Of a DNA stretch of 64,000 bases, positions 11,886 to 25,767 are shown piece after piece. The stretch's first letter is position 1; each line of letters starts with the position of its first letter. The notes beneath the pieces were generated by a model. The model saw nothing but the letters and a program-made list of their open reading frames with translations. It had not been told where the DNA came from and ran no database searches. Origin of the DNA: Eledone cirrhosa (lineage: Eukaryota); contig OZ024741.1 in the NCBI GenBank assembly GCA_964016885.1, positions 187,054,001 through 187,118,000 of the forward strand, in the 5' to 3' direction. The position numbers were made by a program, and so were the translations under genes.

Positions 11886-12206
11886 TTCTATATATATATA
11901 TATAAACATATAACAATATGGAAATTTGTCTAATCAAGGGATATAGTCAATAGTGTGGTAATATTTTAGGTATTAATAAAACTCTGCAGTTTAGGAAACC
12001 AATTAACCATTTTTGTTTCAACCAAATCTCAATACACGAAAACAAAATAATAATAATAAATCATTAAAAAGGAGACGATATCGTCTGTGAATGTTTTCTT
12101 GTTAAATTATTAGAATCCCCCCCCCCCCAAAAAAAAGGAAGCGACGAGTTCCCAGTACAATGTCTGTTAATATGTTGGTCGAATCAGAACTGGCTTGCAG
12201 CTAAAC

Positions 12207-14884
12207 TTTACTACATACACTATATTACATTTACTACTGACACTGTATTACATTTACTACTGACATTATACTACATTTACTAGTGACACTGTATTACATT
12301 TACTACTGACACTATATTACATTTACTACTGACACTATATTACATTTACTACATACACTATATTACATTTACTACTGACACTGTATTACATTTACTACAG
12401 ACACTATATTACATTTACTACTGACACTATATTACATTTACTACTGACACTGTATTACATTTACTACTGACACTGTATTACATTCACTACTGACACTATA
12501 TTACATTTACTACTGACACTGTATTACATTTACTACAGACACTATATTACATTTACTACTGATACTATATTACATTTACTGCCTACACTATATTACATTT
12601 ACTACTGACACTATATTACATTTACTACAGACACTATATTACATTTACTACTGACACTATATTACATTTACTACAGACACTATATTACATTTACTACAGA
12701 CACTATTACATTTACTACTGACACTATATTACATTTACTACTGACACTGTATTATATTTACTACAGACAGTATACTACATTTACTACTGACACTATATTA
12801 CATTTACTACTGACTCTATATTACATTTACTACAGACACTATATTACATTTATTACTGACACTGTATTACATTTACTACTGACACTATATTACATTTATT
12901 ACAGACACTATATTACATTTACTACTGACACTACATTACATTTACTACAGACAGTATACTACATTTACTACTGACACTATATTACATTTACTACTGACAC
13001 TGTATTACATTTACTACTGACACTATATTACATTTACTACTGACACTGTATTACATTTACTACTGACACTATATTACATTTACTACAGACAGTATACTAC
13101 ATTTACTACTGACACAATATTACATTTACTACTGACACTGTATTACATTTACTACTGACTCTATATTACATTTACTACTGACACTATATTACATTTACTA
13201 CAGACAGTATACTACATTTACTACTGACACTATATTACATTTACTACTGACACTGTATTACATTTACTACTGACACTATATTACATTCACTACAGACACT
13301 ATATTACATTTACTACTGACACTATATTACATTCACTACTGACATTATATTACATTTACTACTGACACTATATTACATTTACTACAGACAGTATACTACA
13401 TTTACTACTGACACTATATTACATTTACTACAGACACTATATTACATTTACTACTGACACTGTATTACATTTACTACTGGCACTATATTGCATTTACTAC
13501 AGACACTATATTACATTTACTACTGACACTATATTACATTTACTACTGACACTATATTACATTTACTACAGACACTAAATTACATTTACTACTGACACTA
13601 TATTACATTTACTACTGACACTTTATCACATTTACTACAGAAACTATGTTACATTTACTACAGATACTATATTACATTTACTAGTGACACTATATTACAT
13701 TTACTACTGACACTATATTACATTTACTACTGACACCTTATTATATTTACTACAGAAACTATATTACATTTACTACTGACACTTTATTACATTTACTTCT
13801 GACACTATATTACATTTACTACTGACATTATATTACATTTACTACTGACACTATATTACATTTACTACTGACACTATATTACATTTACTACAGACGCTAT
13901 ATTACATTTACTACTGACACTTTATTATATTTACTACAGAAACTATATTACATTTACTACTGACACTTTATTACATTTACTACAGAAACTATATTACATT
14001 TACTACTGACATTATATTACATTTACTACTGACACTATATTACATTTGCTACTGACACTATATTACATTTACTACTGACACTATATTACATTTACTACTG
14101 ACACTATATTACATTTACTACTGACATATTACATTTACTACTGATACTATATTACATTTACTACTGATACTATATTATATTTACTACTGACACTATATTA
14201 CATTTACTACTGACACTATATTACATTTACTACTGACACTATATTACATTTACTACTGACATATTACATTTACTACTGATACTATATTACATTTACTACT
14301 GATACTATATTATATTTACTACTGACACTATATTACATTTACTACTGACACTATATTACATTTACTACTGACACTATATTACATTTACTACTGACATATT
14401 ACATTTACTACTGATACTATATTACATTTACTACTGATACTATATTATATTTACTACTGACACTATATTACATTTACTACTGACACTATATTACATTTAC
14501 TACTGACACTATATTACATTTACTACTGACACTATATTACATTTACTACTGACACTATATTACATTTACTACTGACACTATATTACATTTATTACTGACA
14601 CTATATTACATTTACTACTGACACTATATTACATTTACTACTGACACTATATTACATTTATTACTGACACTATATTACATTTGCTACTGACACTATATTA
14701 CATTTACTACTGACACTATATTACATTTACTACAGACACTATATTACATTTACTACTGACACTATATTACATTTACTACTGACACTATATTACATTTATT
14801 ACTGACACTATATTACATTTACTACTGACACTATATTACATTTACTACTGACACTATATTACATTTACTACAGACACTATATTA
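12207..14884. repeat. Minisatellite with 23-bp unit ACTATATTACATTTACTACTGAC, about 115 copies
   Basis: Direct tandem array with recurring point variants and 20-bp deletion variants. Confidence 0.97.
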
Positions 14885-15124
14885 TACACAAGATTCACAC
14901 ACAAAGAACTATGTAAATGTGCGTGTGTCTGAGTGTGTGTGTGTGTGTGTGTGTTTGTGTGTGTGGGGGTAAGAATTACAAGTGAATACTAACCTCTCTG
15001 GTTCAATTTTACTTTCGATTTTTATGAGAAATAGCCAAAAGAAAGTCATGTACATGGTGCATATATTTCCCACTTCAGCTATAGGACACATTGTGACACA
15101 AATATACACACACACACACACACA

Positions 15125-15232
<108 letters not shown>

Positions 15233-15238
15233 CAGAAG

Positions 15239-15334
15239 TAGTTCCACAACAGTTAGTTCACCATACCGAGAGCAAATATTCCACATTATTCGGACCCTCG
15301 TTCGCGGTATGGTGAACAAACTGTTGTGGAACTA
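15239..15334. repeat. 30-bp inverted repeat hairpin
   Basis: TAGTTCCACAACAGTTAGTTCACCATACCG ... CGGTATGGTGAACAAACTGTTGTGGAACTA, with one mismatch. Confidence 0.8.
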
Positions 15335-15389
15335 ATACCAAACTCGTCCCATGAACTGAGTGCTCTACTACTACGGATATATATATACA

Positions 15390-15484
<95 letters not shown>

Positions 15485-15563
15485 AGGGTGAAAGCAGCGA
15501 TTCTTTGCTTAAACTTTAATCTATTATTTTATTAAATATATATATATACATATATACATATAC

Positions 15564-15675
<112 letters not shown>

Positions 15676-15750
15676 TAAGGGTGAAAGCAGCGATTCTTTG
15701 CTTAAACTTTAATCTATTATTTTATTAAATATATATATATACATATATAC

Positions 15751-15830
<80 letters not shown>

Positions 15831-15867
15831 TAAAATAATAGATTAAAGTTTTTTTATATATATATAT

Positions 15868-15986
15868 AAATTAGAATTGGTGCTCTGAAATAGCTATATA
15901 TATATGAATGTATATATAGTGTATTGAAAAATACACTATATATACATTTATATATATATAGCTATTTCAGAGCACCAATTCTAATT
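15868..15986. repeat. Fold-back palindrome
   Basis: AATTAGAATTGGTGCTCTGAAATAGC... / ...GCTATTTCAGAGCACCAATTCTAATT. Confidence 0.85.
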
Positions 15987-16293
15987 TTCAATTTCTGATT
16001 GACCGGCAACCGCTCTGTATAATCAGTTCCTGATTATTTACTGGAATTCTATAAGAACCAAACATCCATGATATCAGCATACAGGAGGAGTAGTTGGCTT
16101 TGATAAGCATCAATAAATACGAAACAAGCCCTTGTCAGCTTTATCTCCCCCTGTTTGCTGAAATTAAAGTAAGTGAGTCTGTCACTACTCTATAACACTA
16201 GCATAAGGTCTTCGAAATGCTTTTAATTAAGCATACAGTGTATTGCAAAATATACTATATATATATATATGTGTGTATGTATATATATATGTG

Positions 16294-16324
<31 letters not shown>

Positions 16325-16435
16325 AATTTATGTATGTATGTTTGTCTGTGTGAATAACCATTCATATATATTTAATGCTACTATTCATGCATAAACAATC
16401 TGATTCTTCTGTTTCCTATTATTATTATTATTATT

Positions 16436-16535
16436 ATTTTTTTACACGCAGAAATGCCCATTTGTACCGTCCTGTATTGTCCTGTACTGTCCTCAATGTC
16501 TACCTTATTTAAACCCTTATGGTTAATAAAGAAAA

Positions 16536-16537
<2 letters not shown>
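16436..16537 (+). mobile_element. Tx1-like LINE extreme 3'UTR fragment between (ATT)n tracts
   Basis: Matches 49510-49612 (ACACGCA.AAATGCCCATTT...AAACCCTT.TGGTTAATAAAGAAA). Confidence 0.85.
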
Positions 16538-16593
<56 letters not shown>

Positions 16594-17396
16594 TTGCGAA
16601 CAAACAAACAAAGGGCAATTTGTAAATAGTGAATTAATTAAGACACGTCATTCTTATAAAACAGTTTGGATTCAGGCTCTTTATAACATGGCCCTGACCC
16701 ATCCTTCTCTAAATATAACTATTTACAACACCTGTTTAATGTATTACTCCGAGCTGTTTATTAGAACAATCACTTACTGTAAGTGGCAACATGACTTAAC
16801 ACTACTTAACTTGAGCATTTGACTGACGACCTTCGCTGAACTTATAAAATGTTCTCTTATATTCTACTTTCTTTAGTTTTGTGTATAGTAAAAAGAGATC
16901 GTGTACGTGGTTGATTGACATACGAGTAATAGCAGTCAAATATGCCTCAAATTGAACTACATAGTTTTACAAATGGAAGATATATATATATACACATACA
17001 TATACACATATATATGTGTGTGGGGGGGGGGTGTAGAATAAGAGTCAGGACACCTGATCTTCTGGAGTCCTGACACTTCTTCTATTACCCACTCTACTAC
17101 CCTAAGTATCGAGTACTCTGGTGCGTTGTGGTCCACCTGGCATCTTAGCACACCTTTGTTTTATATATATATATATATATTTTTAAATACTTGGGAAAGT
17201 GTAATTTTGGCGATGTCTGCTAGAAAATAATTCTGGTTTTAAATTAATAGAATTTTAACAGTTAATTATATAAAAAAATTTCCTCGATACACAAATCACA
17301 GATTCTTGAAAAAGCCATATTTCGGTATGCAGGTGCTTTCGAAATCGTTCCCCAAGATACTTCCTGGATATGTCAATATTTATAAAACAAACTTTG

Positions 17397-17445
17397 TATT
17401 TTATCTGATGAGTTTTGGTACCCTTGAAATATATATAATAGAATA
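17397..17445 (+). ncRNA. Degenerate minimal hammerhead ribozyme motif
   Basis: TATTTTAT-CTGATGA, weak stem II, GAAA-TATATA-TA-ATAGAATA. Confidence 0.5.
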
Positions 17446-17581
17446 AATATGGTTTTATAAATATAGTTTCCATTTATTTAATATCATTGAATATTATACT
17501 CCAAAAAAACTGTCGAGTGCTTCGAATCAGTTATAAACATTTATATTTGTTGAATTACCAACAAATTTAATATCCCTTTTG

Positions 17582-17647
<66 letters not shown>

Positions 17648-17650
<3 letters not shown>

Positions 17651-18054
17651 ATAATAATAAAATTGAAGACTAAAATCCAGAGAGGGCTCGATAAGGAAAA
17701 TATATATCAAATATATAAGAACCGAAGAGCAAATATTTATTAAAATAACAGATTAAAGTTTAAGCAAAGAATCGCTGCTTTCACCCTTAACGGGATCTTC
17801 TGAAACTAACAAAGTCAATCTGTAAACGCAGAACTGGATATTTCAAAAAACGTTGCAACCGGAGGAAGACAGTAAGACGATACTTTGGTTCATGGTGACG
17901 TTCGCTAGCAAAGAACAGGAACAAACGAATAATACGTCATTAATAGGAGCGGTGAAAAACAATTACGTGCAAGGACAGAACCACGTTTATGGTGTAAAAG
18001 AGGTCGTAGACTAATGCTCTCTAAGTGGTGCTTAAACTTTAATCTGTTATTTTA

Positions 18055-18092
<38 letters not shown>

Positions 18093-18285
18093 CAGATTAA
18101 AGTTTAACCAAAGAATCACTGCTTTCACCCTTAACGAGATCCCGTTAAGGGTGAAAGCAGCGATTCTTTGCTTAAACTTTAATCTGTTATTTTAATAAAT
18201 ATTTGCTCTACGGTTCTTATATATTTGATATATATTTATCCTTATCGAGCCCTCTTTGAATTTTAGTCTTCAAATTTATTATTAT

Positions 18286-18288
<3 letters not shown>
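17648..18288. repeat. Inverted duplication (~150-bp arms) of a pLTR-like repeat; further fragments at about 15481-15537 and 15674-15730
   Basis: 17648-17798 is the reverse complement of 18137-18288. A local hairpin spans 18087-18195. Confidence 0.85.
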
Positions 18289-18332
<44 letters not shown>

Positions 18333-18799
18333 GTGTGCGTGTCACGGGTTCAAACAGGAATAATGGCAGTAGGTAAGGTACTCAATACAGAGCAGAGTAT
18401 AAATATTTAAAATAGAAATGGCTTCTACAGGACTACAACTGTTTCATTCGAAGGAAATATTTCAGTGGGAGGCTGGTGATGAATGTGAAGGTGCCTGTGT
18501 AGGGGGCTAGTGAAAAAGTTTGGTAGGATTGGCAGGATAAAGTGGTGGATGGAATATACATATATATATATACAATTACACATGTACATACGTATACATA
18601 CATACATACATACATACATACATACACACATACATACATACATACATACATACATACATACATACATACATACAAACATCTACATATACATAAATCATAA
18701 GTCAATAGTATTTGTCATATTGTTATAGACAGTTCAACTATTTGCACCTGGAAAGTTTCACTTCCGGATGTGTGTGTGTGTGTGTGGAGGACTAGCAGT

Positions 18800-19450
18800 T
18801 GTCCATCATACAAGCCTCCATACTACCGATGCTCTCTTTACGCAACCGATGTTCTCCAAGGCGATACAGCTTGACATCTGTGTCTTTGCAGGTTTTGTTG
18901 TCACAACAAAGAGAGCATAAACGAATACAGCAATACATCACGTCCGGTGATTTCATAATTCCGACATTATTTCGCCTGGACTGGCAATTTAATTATCCAC
19001 ACAGAAACGGTGAAAAGCAACTTTTACTCTGATGGGATTAAATCCAGGGTGCACAAGATCAGAATGAAATTTCACAAAGTATGATATCCAATGATGATTC
19101 TGCAAATTTACATACTTCAATATATATGAGATATCCATCTGATTACTACAACCATCACATGATAGCTATCGAGCTGGAAATTCTCAATGCCATAGAAATG
19201 ATCACTTGAAAGCTAAGTATGTGTGGTTGCAGCTTGATGTATTTTTTTCATCACCTCAACAAGAATTCATTGTGTAGTCTTCTCCTTAATCATCAGCGCA
19301 GTTACGAAACTGGCCTCAGAAACCATGACAGATGTCCTTGACCAGGAAAATGGGGAAATATCGTCACCTGTTAAAAGCGACTACAACTATACAAAGTTGA
19401 GTTATCAGGCATTATTAATAACTATTGCCCATAATGTCAACATGAATTAG
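18800..19450 (+). pseudogene. Possible highly decayed MULE-type transposase relic
   Basis: Weak motifs only: FIIP...NGEKQLLL.D, IELEILNAI, FFHHL and a terminal IAHN. Confidence 0.3.
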
Positions 19451-19602
19451 AACATAAATTAAACGATGGCAAACTTGAAGACATGCCTTGTTAAATAGTT
19501 AATTCAATATCATATTATAAATGAATACGTTATATCTTTAGTAGGCCCATTCGTTCGAACGTCGGCTACTCTGCATTGCAGTTTTCGATGCGGCTCTGTA
19601 CG

Positions 19603-19709
19603 CCCTAGGAACAAATACCCTAGGATCAAATACCCTAGGATCAAATACCCTAGGATCAAATACCCTAGGATCAAATACCCTAGGATCAAATACCCTAGGA
19701 TCAAATACC
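19603..19709. repeat. 7 x 15-bp tandem repeat CCCTAGGATCAAATA, possibly DNA-transposon subterminal repeats
   Basis: Six identical units plus one variant unit. Confidence 0.85.
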
Positions 19710-19997
19710 AATTCAGCATTGGAGTAAATTTTTCTCACATCCTATCACACATACACACTCTCTCTCTCTCTTTCTCTCTCATTCTCTTTCTTTCTGGGAA
19801 AAAGTGACCATAGTCAAACCTGAAGAACTCCAGGCTCCACTGGGTATAAGATGCTCAAAACTCGAACGACGCCCGTACTATTCAATCAAGAGTTGAGAGC
19901 ACAAGGTTGGAAAGAAATATCTGCAAATAAGACACTATTGACCAATAAGAACACACCTAAGGTATTGTTGTTGCTGTCGTTATTGCTGATGTTGTTG

Positions 19998-20029
<32 letters not shown>

Positions 20030-20199
20030 GGTGGTGGTGGTGGTGGTGGTGGTGGTGGTGGTGATGGGTATGGTGGTGGTGTCGTTGTCAATGTTAATGT
20101 TGTTGTTACTGTCGTTGCTATTTTGTTGTTATTAATGTTGTCAACGTCGTCATTGGTGTTAATGTTGTTGTTGGTTATCGATTATCATGCTTCTCTAAT

Positions 20200-20526
20200 A
20201 AGTGAACGTAAACAGGAGAGAACAGCCGAACTCCCACCGTCATCACTTCCATTTTTCTCGCCCTCTCCACCTCTCTGTATAGTGAGCAAATGGGGTCCCC
20301 ACAGCCCCGGTGTGGACAGAATGGAGAAGGCGTTTCCCTGGAGGATGGTAAGGGAGATGCGCTGGAAGAGCCATTCCAACTCGCGAGGCTAACACCTGCA
20401 GCTGGCCAGTTCAGTTCTTATGGTGGTGAGTAGGGTGGTAGCCCTAGGACCAAGGATACCAGAGGTCTCCACTGCCAAGGGCATGACCTGCGGCTGGCCA
20501 GCTCGGCGCCTATGGTGGTGAGTAAG
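20200..20526 (-). mobile_element. CRE-clade-like RLE 3' fragment
   Basis: EWLFQRISLTILQGNAFSIL...GLWG is homologous to 11650-11849. Confidence 0.75.
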
Positions 20527-23500
20527 GACGAATTCTTACTTCTTATGATACAAAACACCAACCAATTCATCAAAAGGGTCAGATTGAAGGCCTACCACTT
20601 TGATAGAAAAACAAAACGTAATGATAGGAAATATTTATATGATTTCACCACATATAAGAACCCACCACACAACTCCTTCCTTGAAAACTTCGAGAAAGAC
20701 CTATTTAACTTAATCAAAAACCTCAGATTTAAGAAATATAAATCTAATTTTCAAAAGGATCTTGACTCTACCATATTGGATCTAAAAAAATCTAGCAAAG
20801 TCCACGTCCACTCAGACAAAACTTGAAATCTATACCACATGGATATTGATAATTACAATGAGTTCATTTATAAAGAACTCAGGAAAAATTATAAAAAAAA
20901 CAAATAATGCGGCTCTTACGACAAAACATACAACATAGTAAATAAACTCAATATTGAAGACAGAACTGAACCTTTGGCACTGAAAAAACCACACTTTAAC
21001 CTGAAAGATAACAAATCTAACTTTAACTATAATCCTTCTATAAGACTTATAGGCCCTTCCAAGTCTGACATTGGCATCATTAGTAAAAAGTTTTCAGATA
21101 GAATCATCCCACAATTAAGGAAACGCATTAATTTACCACCCTGGGAAAACACATCCCAAGTAATTAACTGGTTTACTAATATTAGAAATAAATCATCTGC
21201 TTCATTTCTACAATTTGATATAGATGCTTATTATTCCTCTATATCACACATACTCCTGAACAAAGCCTTGATATTTGCTAAAAATAGATCAAACTTAACT
21301 ATGGATGACATTAATATTTTCACGCACGCTAGACAAACACTACTGGAATTTCAGAAGGAATACTGGACCAGAAATACATATAGTAATCTCTTCGACATTA
21401 CTATGGGCTCTAGTGATTCCGCCCAAATTACCGATCTTGTGGGCCTCTTTCTTCTAATTAACATTAATTCATCTTTTCCCCATCTTAAAGGTGGTTTATA
21501 TCGTGATGACTGTCTTCTTCTTTCCACTAATCTTAGCCTATCAGAAATTGAAAAAAATAAAAAACTTATTAGAACTTTCCTCAAAGACTATTACAATCTC
21601 ACTATTACATTTGAAAACACCAGTAAAATAGTCAATTTCCTAGATATAACTTTAGACCTATCTACGGGTATCTACCAACCTTACTATAAATCTAACCAAA
21701 ACTTACATTTCATACACTCACGATGTATTCGATAAAAACGTGCCCTTTTATAACGAAGCTTTAGCTAGAAGCGGCCACAAAAACAAATTAGTCTATATAC
21801 CTTGCACCAATAATACTTCATGCAACCCAATATTACCAACAGACACCAAATGAAAAACCCACACCTAAATGCCACTCATACTACACCCAAAAATACCAAC
21901 CTAAAACTTAATTTCTCTACCTCTTCTCCCATAAAATATGACTTTCAAAATTCCATTCAGCCTAATACTCCAATATATGTTAACAACATTACTAACAAAA
22001 TTCCTAGTAATCAGACTAAAACACCTAAATCAGTTAATCTAACTAAACCTATATATAATAAATTCACTAATACTAACTCTCGTAGTAAACATCCTGATAC
22101 ATCGTATAAATATAAAAAACAATATCGAAACCGTAATAGACAGGTTACTTTGTATAATGCTCCATTTAATCTACAAATTAAAGATAATATCCCTAAAAAA
22201 ATGTTTACTATCCTAGAGAAAAACTTCCCGCCAAACCATAAATACCATCAAATTTTAAATAGATCAACTGTTAAATTTTCCTACTCCACTACCAAAAATA
22301 TACAACAAAATATAAGTGCGCACAACACATATAAATGTAAAAAACCCACAAATATACCACCAACACATCAAACCAACCATAATACTAAAATAAACCGCAG
22401 AAAACCACCATCTTCTTCACCTATAACATGTCGAATAAATTCCACACCAAATTTGACTAACTCCCCTGATATAATATTCACGAATGGTTGTAACTGTAGA
22501 ATCAAAAGAAATTGCCCATTAAAGGGAAATTGTCTTATTAATAACATAGTCTATAAATGAAAAATTAACACTAAGGACTCCACTTATTCATATATAGGAG
22601 CTACGTCTAACCAATTTAAAGTAAGATTTAATACCTACAAACATAGTTTTTTAAATGCCGCATTAGCCAATACAACATCCTTGGCTGAAACAATTAATAA
22701 CTATAGAAAGAAGAATATCGATTATAACCTAACCTGGAGTGTGCTCAAAAGGGCCACCCCTTATCAAAATAAGAGATACGAGTGTAGGTTATGCTCCCAG
22801 GAACTTTTTGAAATCATGAAATCTAAGGATATCCTATTAAATAAGCGACAGGAATTAATTATATCTTGCAATCATAGAATTAGAAGAACCTTCAAATATT
22901 ATAAACCTAATTAATATAGACCTTACACTTATACTTTACATATTATTATAATTATTTTTTTTAATTTAGTTAACCTATAATTAGTACTTTACTACAGAGA
23001 ACTTCATAATTTTATTTCCCTCTTACAGCTCTCTTTTCCTAAAATTAATACCTAAAAGTATACCTATAAATTAATTTAATTTCCTGTTATGAATCTAGAT
23101 TCCTTGTAGTTTATATAAGATTGGTATTTCTCACTACTACCCTTATCCCAAAATTTTACTTTCTTTCGTTTTTAACAACACTCTTTAATAATATCTAATT
23201 CTTATTTATCACATTCATATAAATTAATATAAATTTATCCCTATAAGTATACCTATCAATTAATTTAATTTCTTGTTATAGATCTAGATTCAAATTTTAT
23301 TTTCCTTCGTTTTTAACATTATTCTTTAATAACATCAAATTTTCACTGGCTTGACCTCTTTTCATCCCCAAAGTATTCTTTTCATTCACAGTATTCTTTT
23401 CATCCAAAACATAAGTCTGCACTCCTCTACCCCTAAATTAAATTTCTACTACTACTATTCTATCAACTTGACCTCTAACTACTTTCCTATTGGTCAATTC

Positions 23501-23760
23501 AAAACCTGTTCCCAAACAGACCTCTTATATTAAATCTTTGTTGGTTTTTTTCAATAAAAAAATCTCATCATTTCTGAAGACAGCATGTGTATGTGAAGGT
23601 ATGTATATTTCCTCTGATAATTTGTAATATTTTTACATATATCTATATGATATACATACCAACACACATATACATCCTAGAAACGATCGTAAAATGATGA
23701 ATTTTTTAATATAAGGAACTTGTTCTTTATTTTTATTTCATTGTTTTTATTAATTTATAT
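20527..23760 (+). mobile_element. Penelope-like element (RT plus C-terminal GIY-YIG, Nematis-like), disrupted
   Basis: FDIDAYYSSI, ITMGS, LYRDD, NFLDITLDL; CNCR...CPL.GNCL..NIVYK; YIGATSNQFKVRF; CRLC..E. Contains stops, frameshifts and a ~110-bp deletion near 21720. Confidence 0.93.
23566..23699 (+). ncRNA. Type I hammerhead ribozyme with extended stem II in the Penelope pLTR
   Basis: Stem I CATCATTT/AAATGATG, core CTGAAGA (23574-23580), GAAA (23680-23683), palindromic stem III ACGATCGT, GTA cleavage triplet. Confidence 0.8.
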
Positions 23761-24412
23761 ATATATATGTGTGTGTGTATGTATGTATCTATATGTAATA
23801 ATGATGATGATCCTGATGCTGGAGTTTGTCTTTGTGCTTGTAGTTTTGCTCCTGTTGGTAATGTTGATGGTCTTGTTCGTGGTGCTGTTGGTGTTTGTAC
23901 TGGGAGCAACGATGGATGAATCGTGGACGATGTTAATGATTAGGGTGATGTTTATGGTTCTGGGAATTATAACGAAAATGATGGCAAGTACAACAACAAG
24001 AAACATATATATAATCACAATATAAAAATCTGTGATACCTGGTCATTATGATAATAACTTCGTTAGCTCTCATGTTTCGCCCTATGATTTATTGTTTTAT
24101 TTTTCCTTAGTCGATTCTGAGGGCATCATTCCACCGGTTCACCTGACCGACAATGGAAATTTAACATCAAATATTACATTAATCATAATAAGCTAGTCCC
24201 ATTATCTATCTGAATTTCTACATATATGCATCTGCCAATCTCTCTCTCGCTATATATATATATATATATATCACCATATCAATCCCACTAACTATTAATC
24301 TATCTATGGTAATTCTTTGTCTATCTACTTTCTCGCTCTATATATATACACATATATATGTGTGTGTGTGTGTGTGTTTGTCTATGTGTGTGTGTTTGTG
24401 TGAGTGTGTGTA

Positions 24413-24486
<74 letters not shown>

Positions 24487-24560
24487 ACATACACATATAT
24501 ATATATATTGATTTATTTATATATGCATGTATGTATATGTGTGTATGTTTGTATGTGCGT

Positions 24561-24647
<87 letters not shown>

Positions 24648-25003
24648 TGTGTCTGTGCATAAAGAGAGAGCTACTTTTACTTTGGCTCATTTGTACATTT
24701 TACCAAACATCACCAATTAATCCAGCTCCTTCATCCCCAATAATACAACAACCACTGCTATTACCTTACCATTATCTCCCACCAACTGCACCACCACTTC
24801 TGCTGTTGCCACTACCATTATCTACCAACATCAGCGCCACCACTGAACGGTATTCCTTTTTGATTATCATGTTGGAACTTCTGAACCCTCAAGGCAGAAA
24901 TCATTTCTACAAATAATTTGATTTTTAACGTTATAAATCTTGGTTTCTGAAAATTTGATCTTGTAATGACTGTCCCCTTAGATTTTAACATTGTGGCCAA
25001 TAA

Positions 25004-25590
25004 AATAATTGTTTCTACTTTTGGCACAAGGCCAGAAATTATCCCAGTGTATTACTGGTACTTTATTTTATCGACCCCGTATGGATGAAAGGCGAAGTTA
25101 ACCTCGTCGGGATTTGAACTCAGACCATAAAGGGCCGTAACACTATGCTTCAAAGCATGGCATCTGAAATAATTGTTTCTACTTTAGGCACAAGGCCAGA
25201 AATTACCCAGTTCATTACTGGTACTTTATTTTATCGACCCCGTAAGGATGAAAGCAAAGTTAACCTCGGCGAGATTTGAACTCAGAATGGCAAGGGCCGT
25301 AACTCTATGCGTCAAAGCATGACGTCCGACCCTCTACCGATACTTCCAATCCACCGCCATATGAAATAATGGTGGATTGGCAGTATCAGTAAAACGCCAA
25401 ACACCATGCTTTGTAGCATGGAGTTACGGCCCTTTACGTTCTGAGTCCAAATCTCGCCGAAGTAAGCTTTGCCTTTCATCCTTACTAGGTCGTTAAATAA
25501 AGCACCAGTAACTTACTGAAGTCGATTTAATCGCCTTTCCTCTCACCCACAAATTACTGGCCTTGTGCCTATACAGGAAATCATTATCAT
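25004..25590. mobile_element. Cluster of three tRNA-derived SINEs: 25004-25166 (-), 25167-25360 (-), 25370-25590 (+)
   Basis: A/B boxes, conserved GCCTTTCATCC...GGTCG.TAAA core and GCCTTGTGCC tail. Confidence 0.9.
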
Positions 25591-25767
25591 CATTATTATT
25601 ATTTTTATTGTTTTTCCTTTGCCTTCAGTATTGTTTCTGAAATATGCCGAGTGCCTTCCCGACACCTAGGGCAAATAAATTCCCTTTATACATTGGTAAG
25701 CCAGTTAACAAACCACATTGATTATAATTTACAGCTTTCAAAAAAAAATTATTGTTATTATTATTCG

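Noticed and set aside
12207-14884. CRISPR-like array or telomeric repeat
   Set aside because: There are no unique spacers or cas genes, the context is eukaryotic, and the unit is not a TTAGGG-type repeat.
14994-15078. Other exon-like islands (also about 19850-19960 and 52883-52971)
   Set aside because: Splice-like signals only, with no recognisable protein and with incompatible phases or strands.
16190-16245. Hammerhead-like GAAA-TGCTT..AAGCA-TA with ACACT/AGTGT pairing
   Set aside because: The CUGANGA core is absent, so it is at most a relic.
17255-17380. GIY-YIG-like LGERFRKH peptide
   Set aside because: Too short, and antisense to the adjacent hammerhead motif.
22558-22560. In-frame TGA at a Cys position of the Penelope endonuclease, a possible selenocysteine as in Naiad elements
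   Set aside because: The second copy has TGT, the element has other stops and frameshifts, the endonuclease is C-terminal (unlike Naiad), and no SECIS was recognised.
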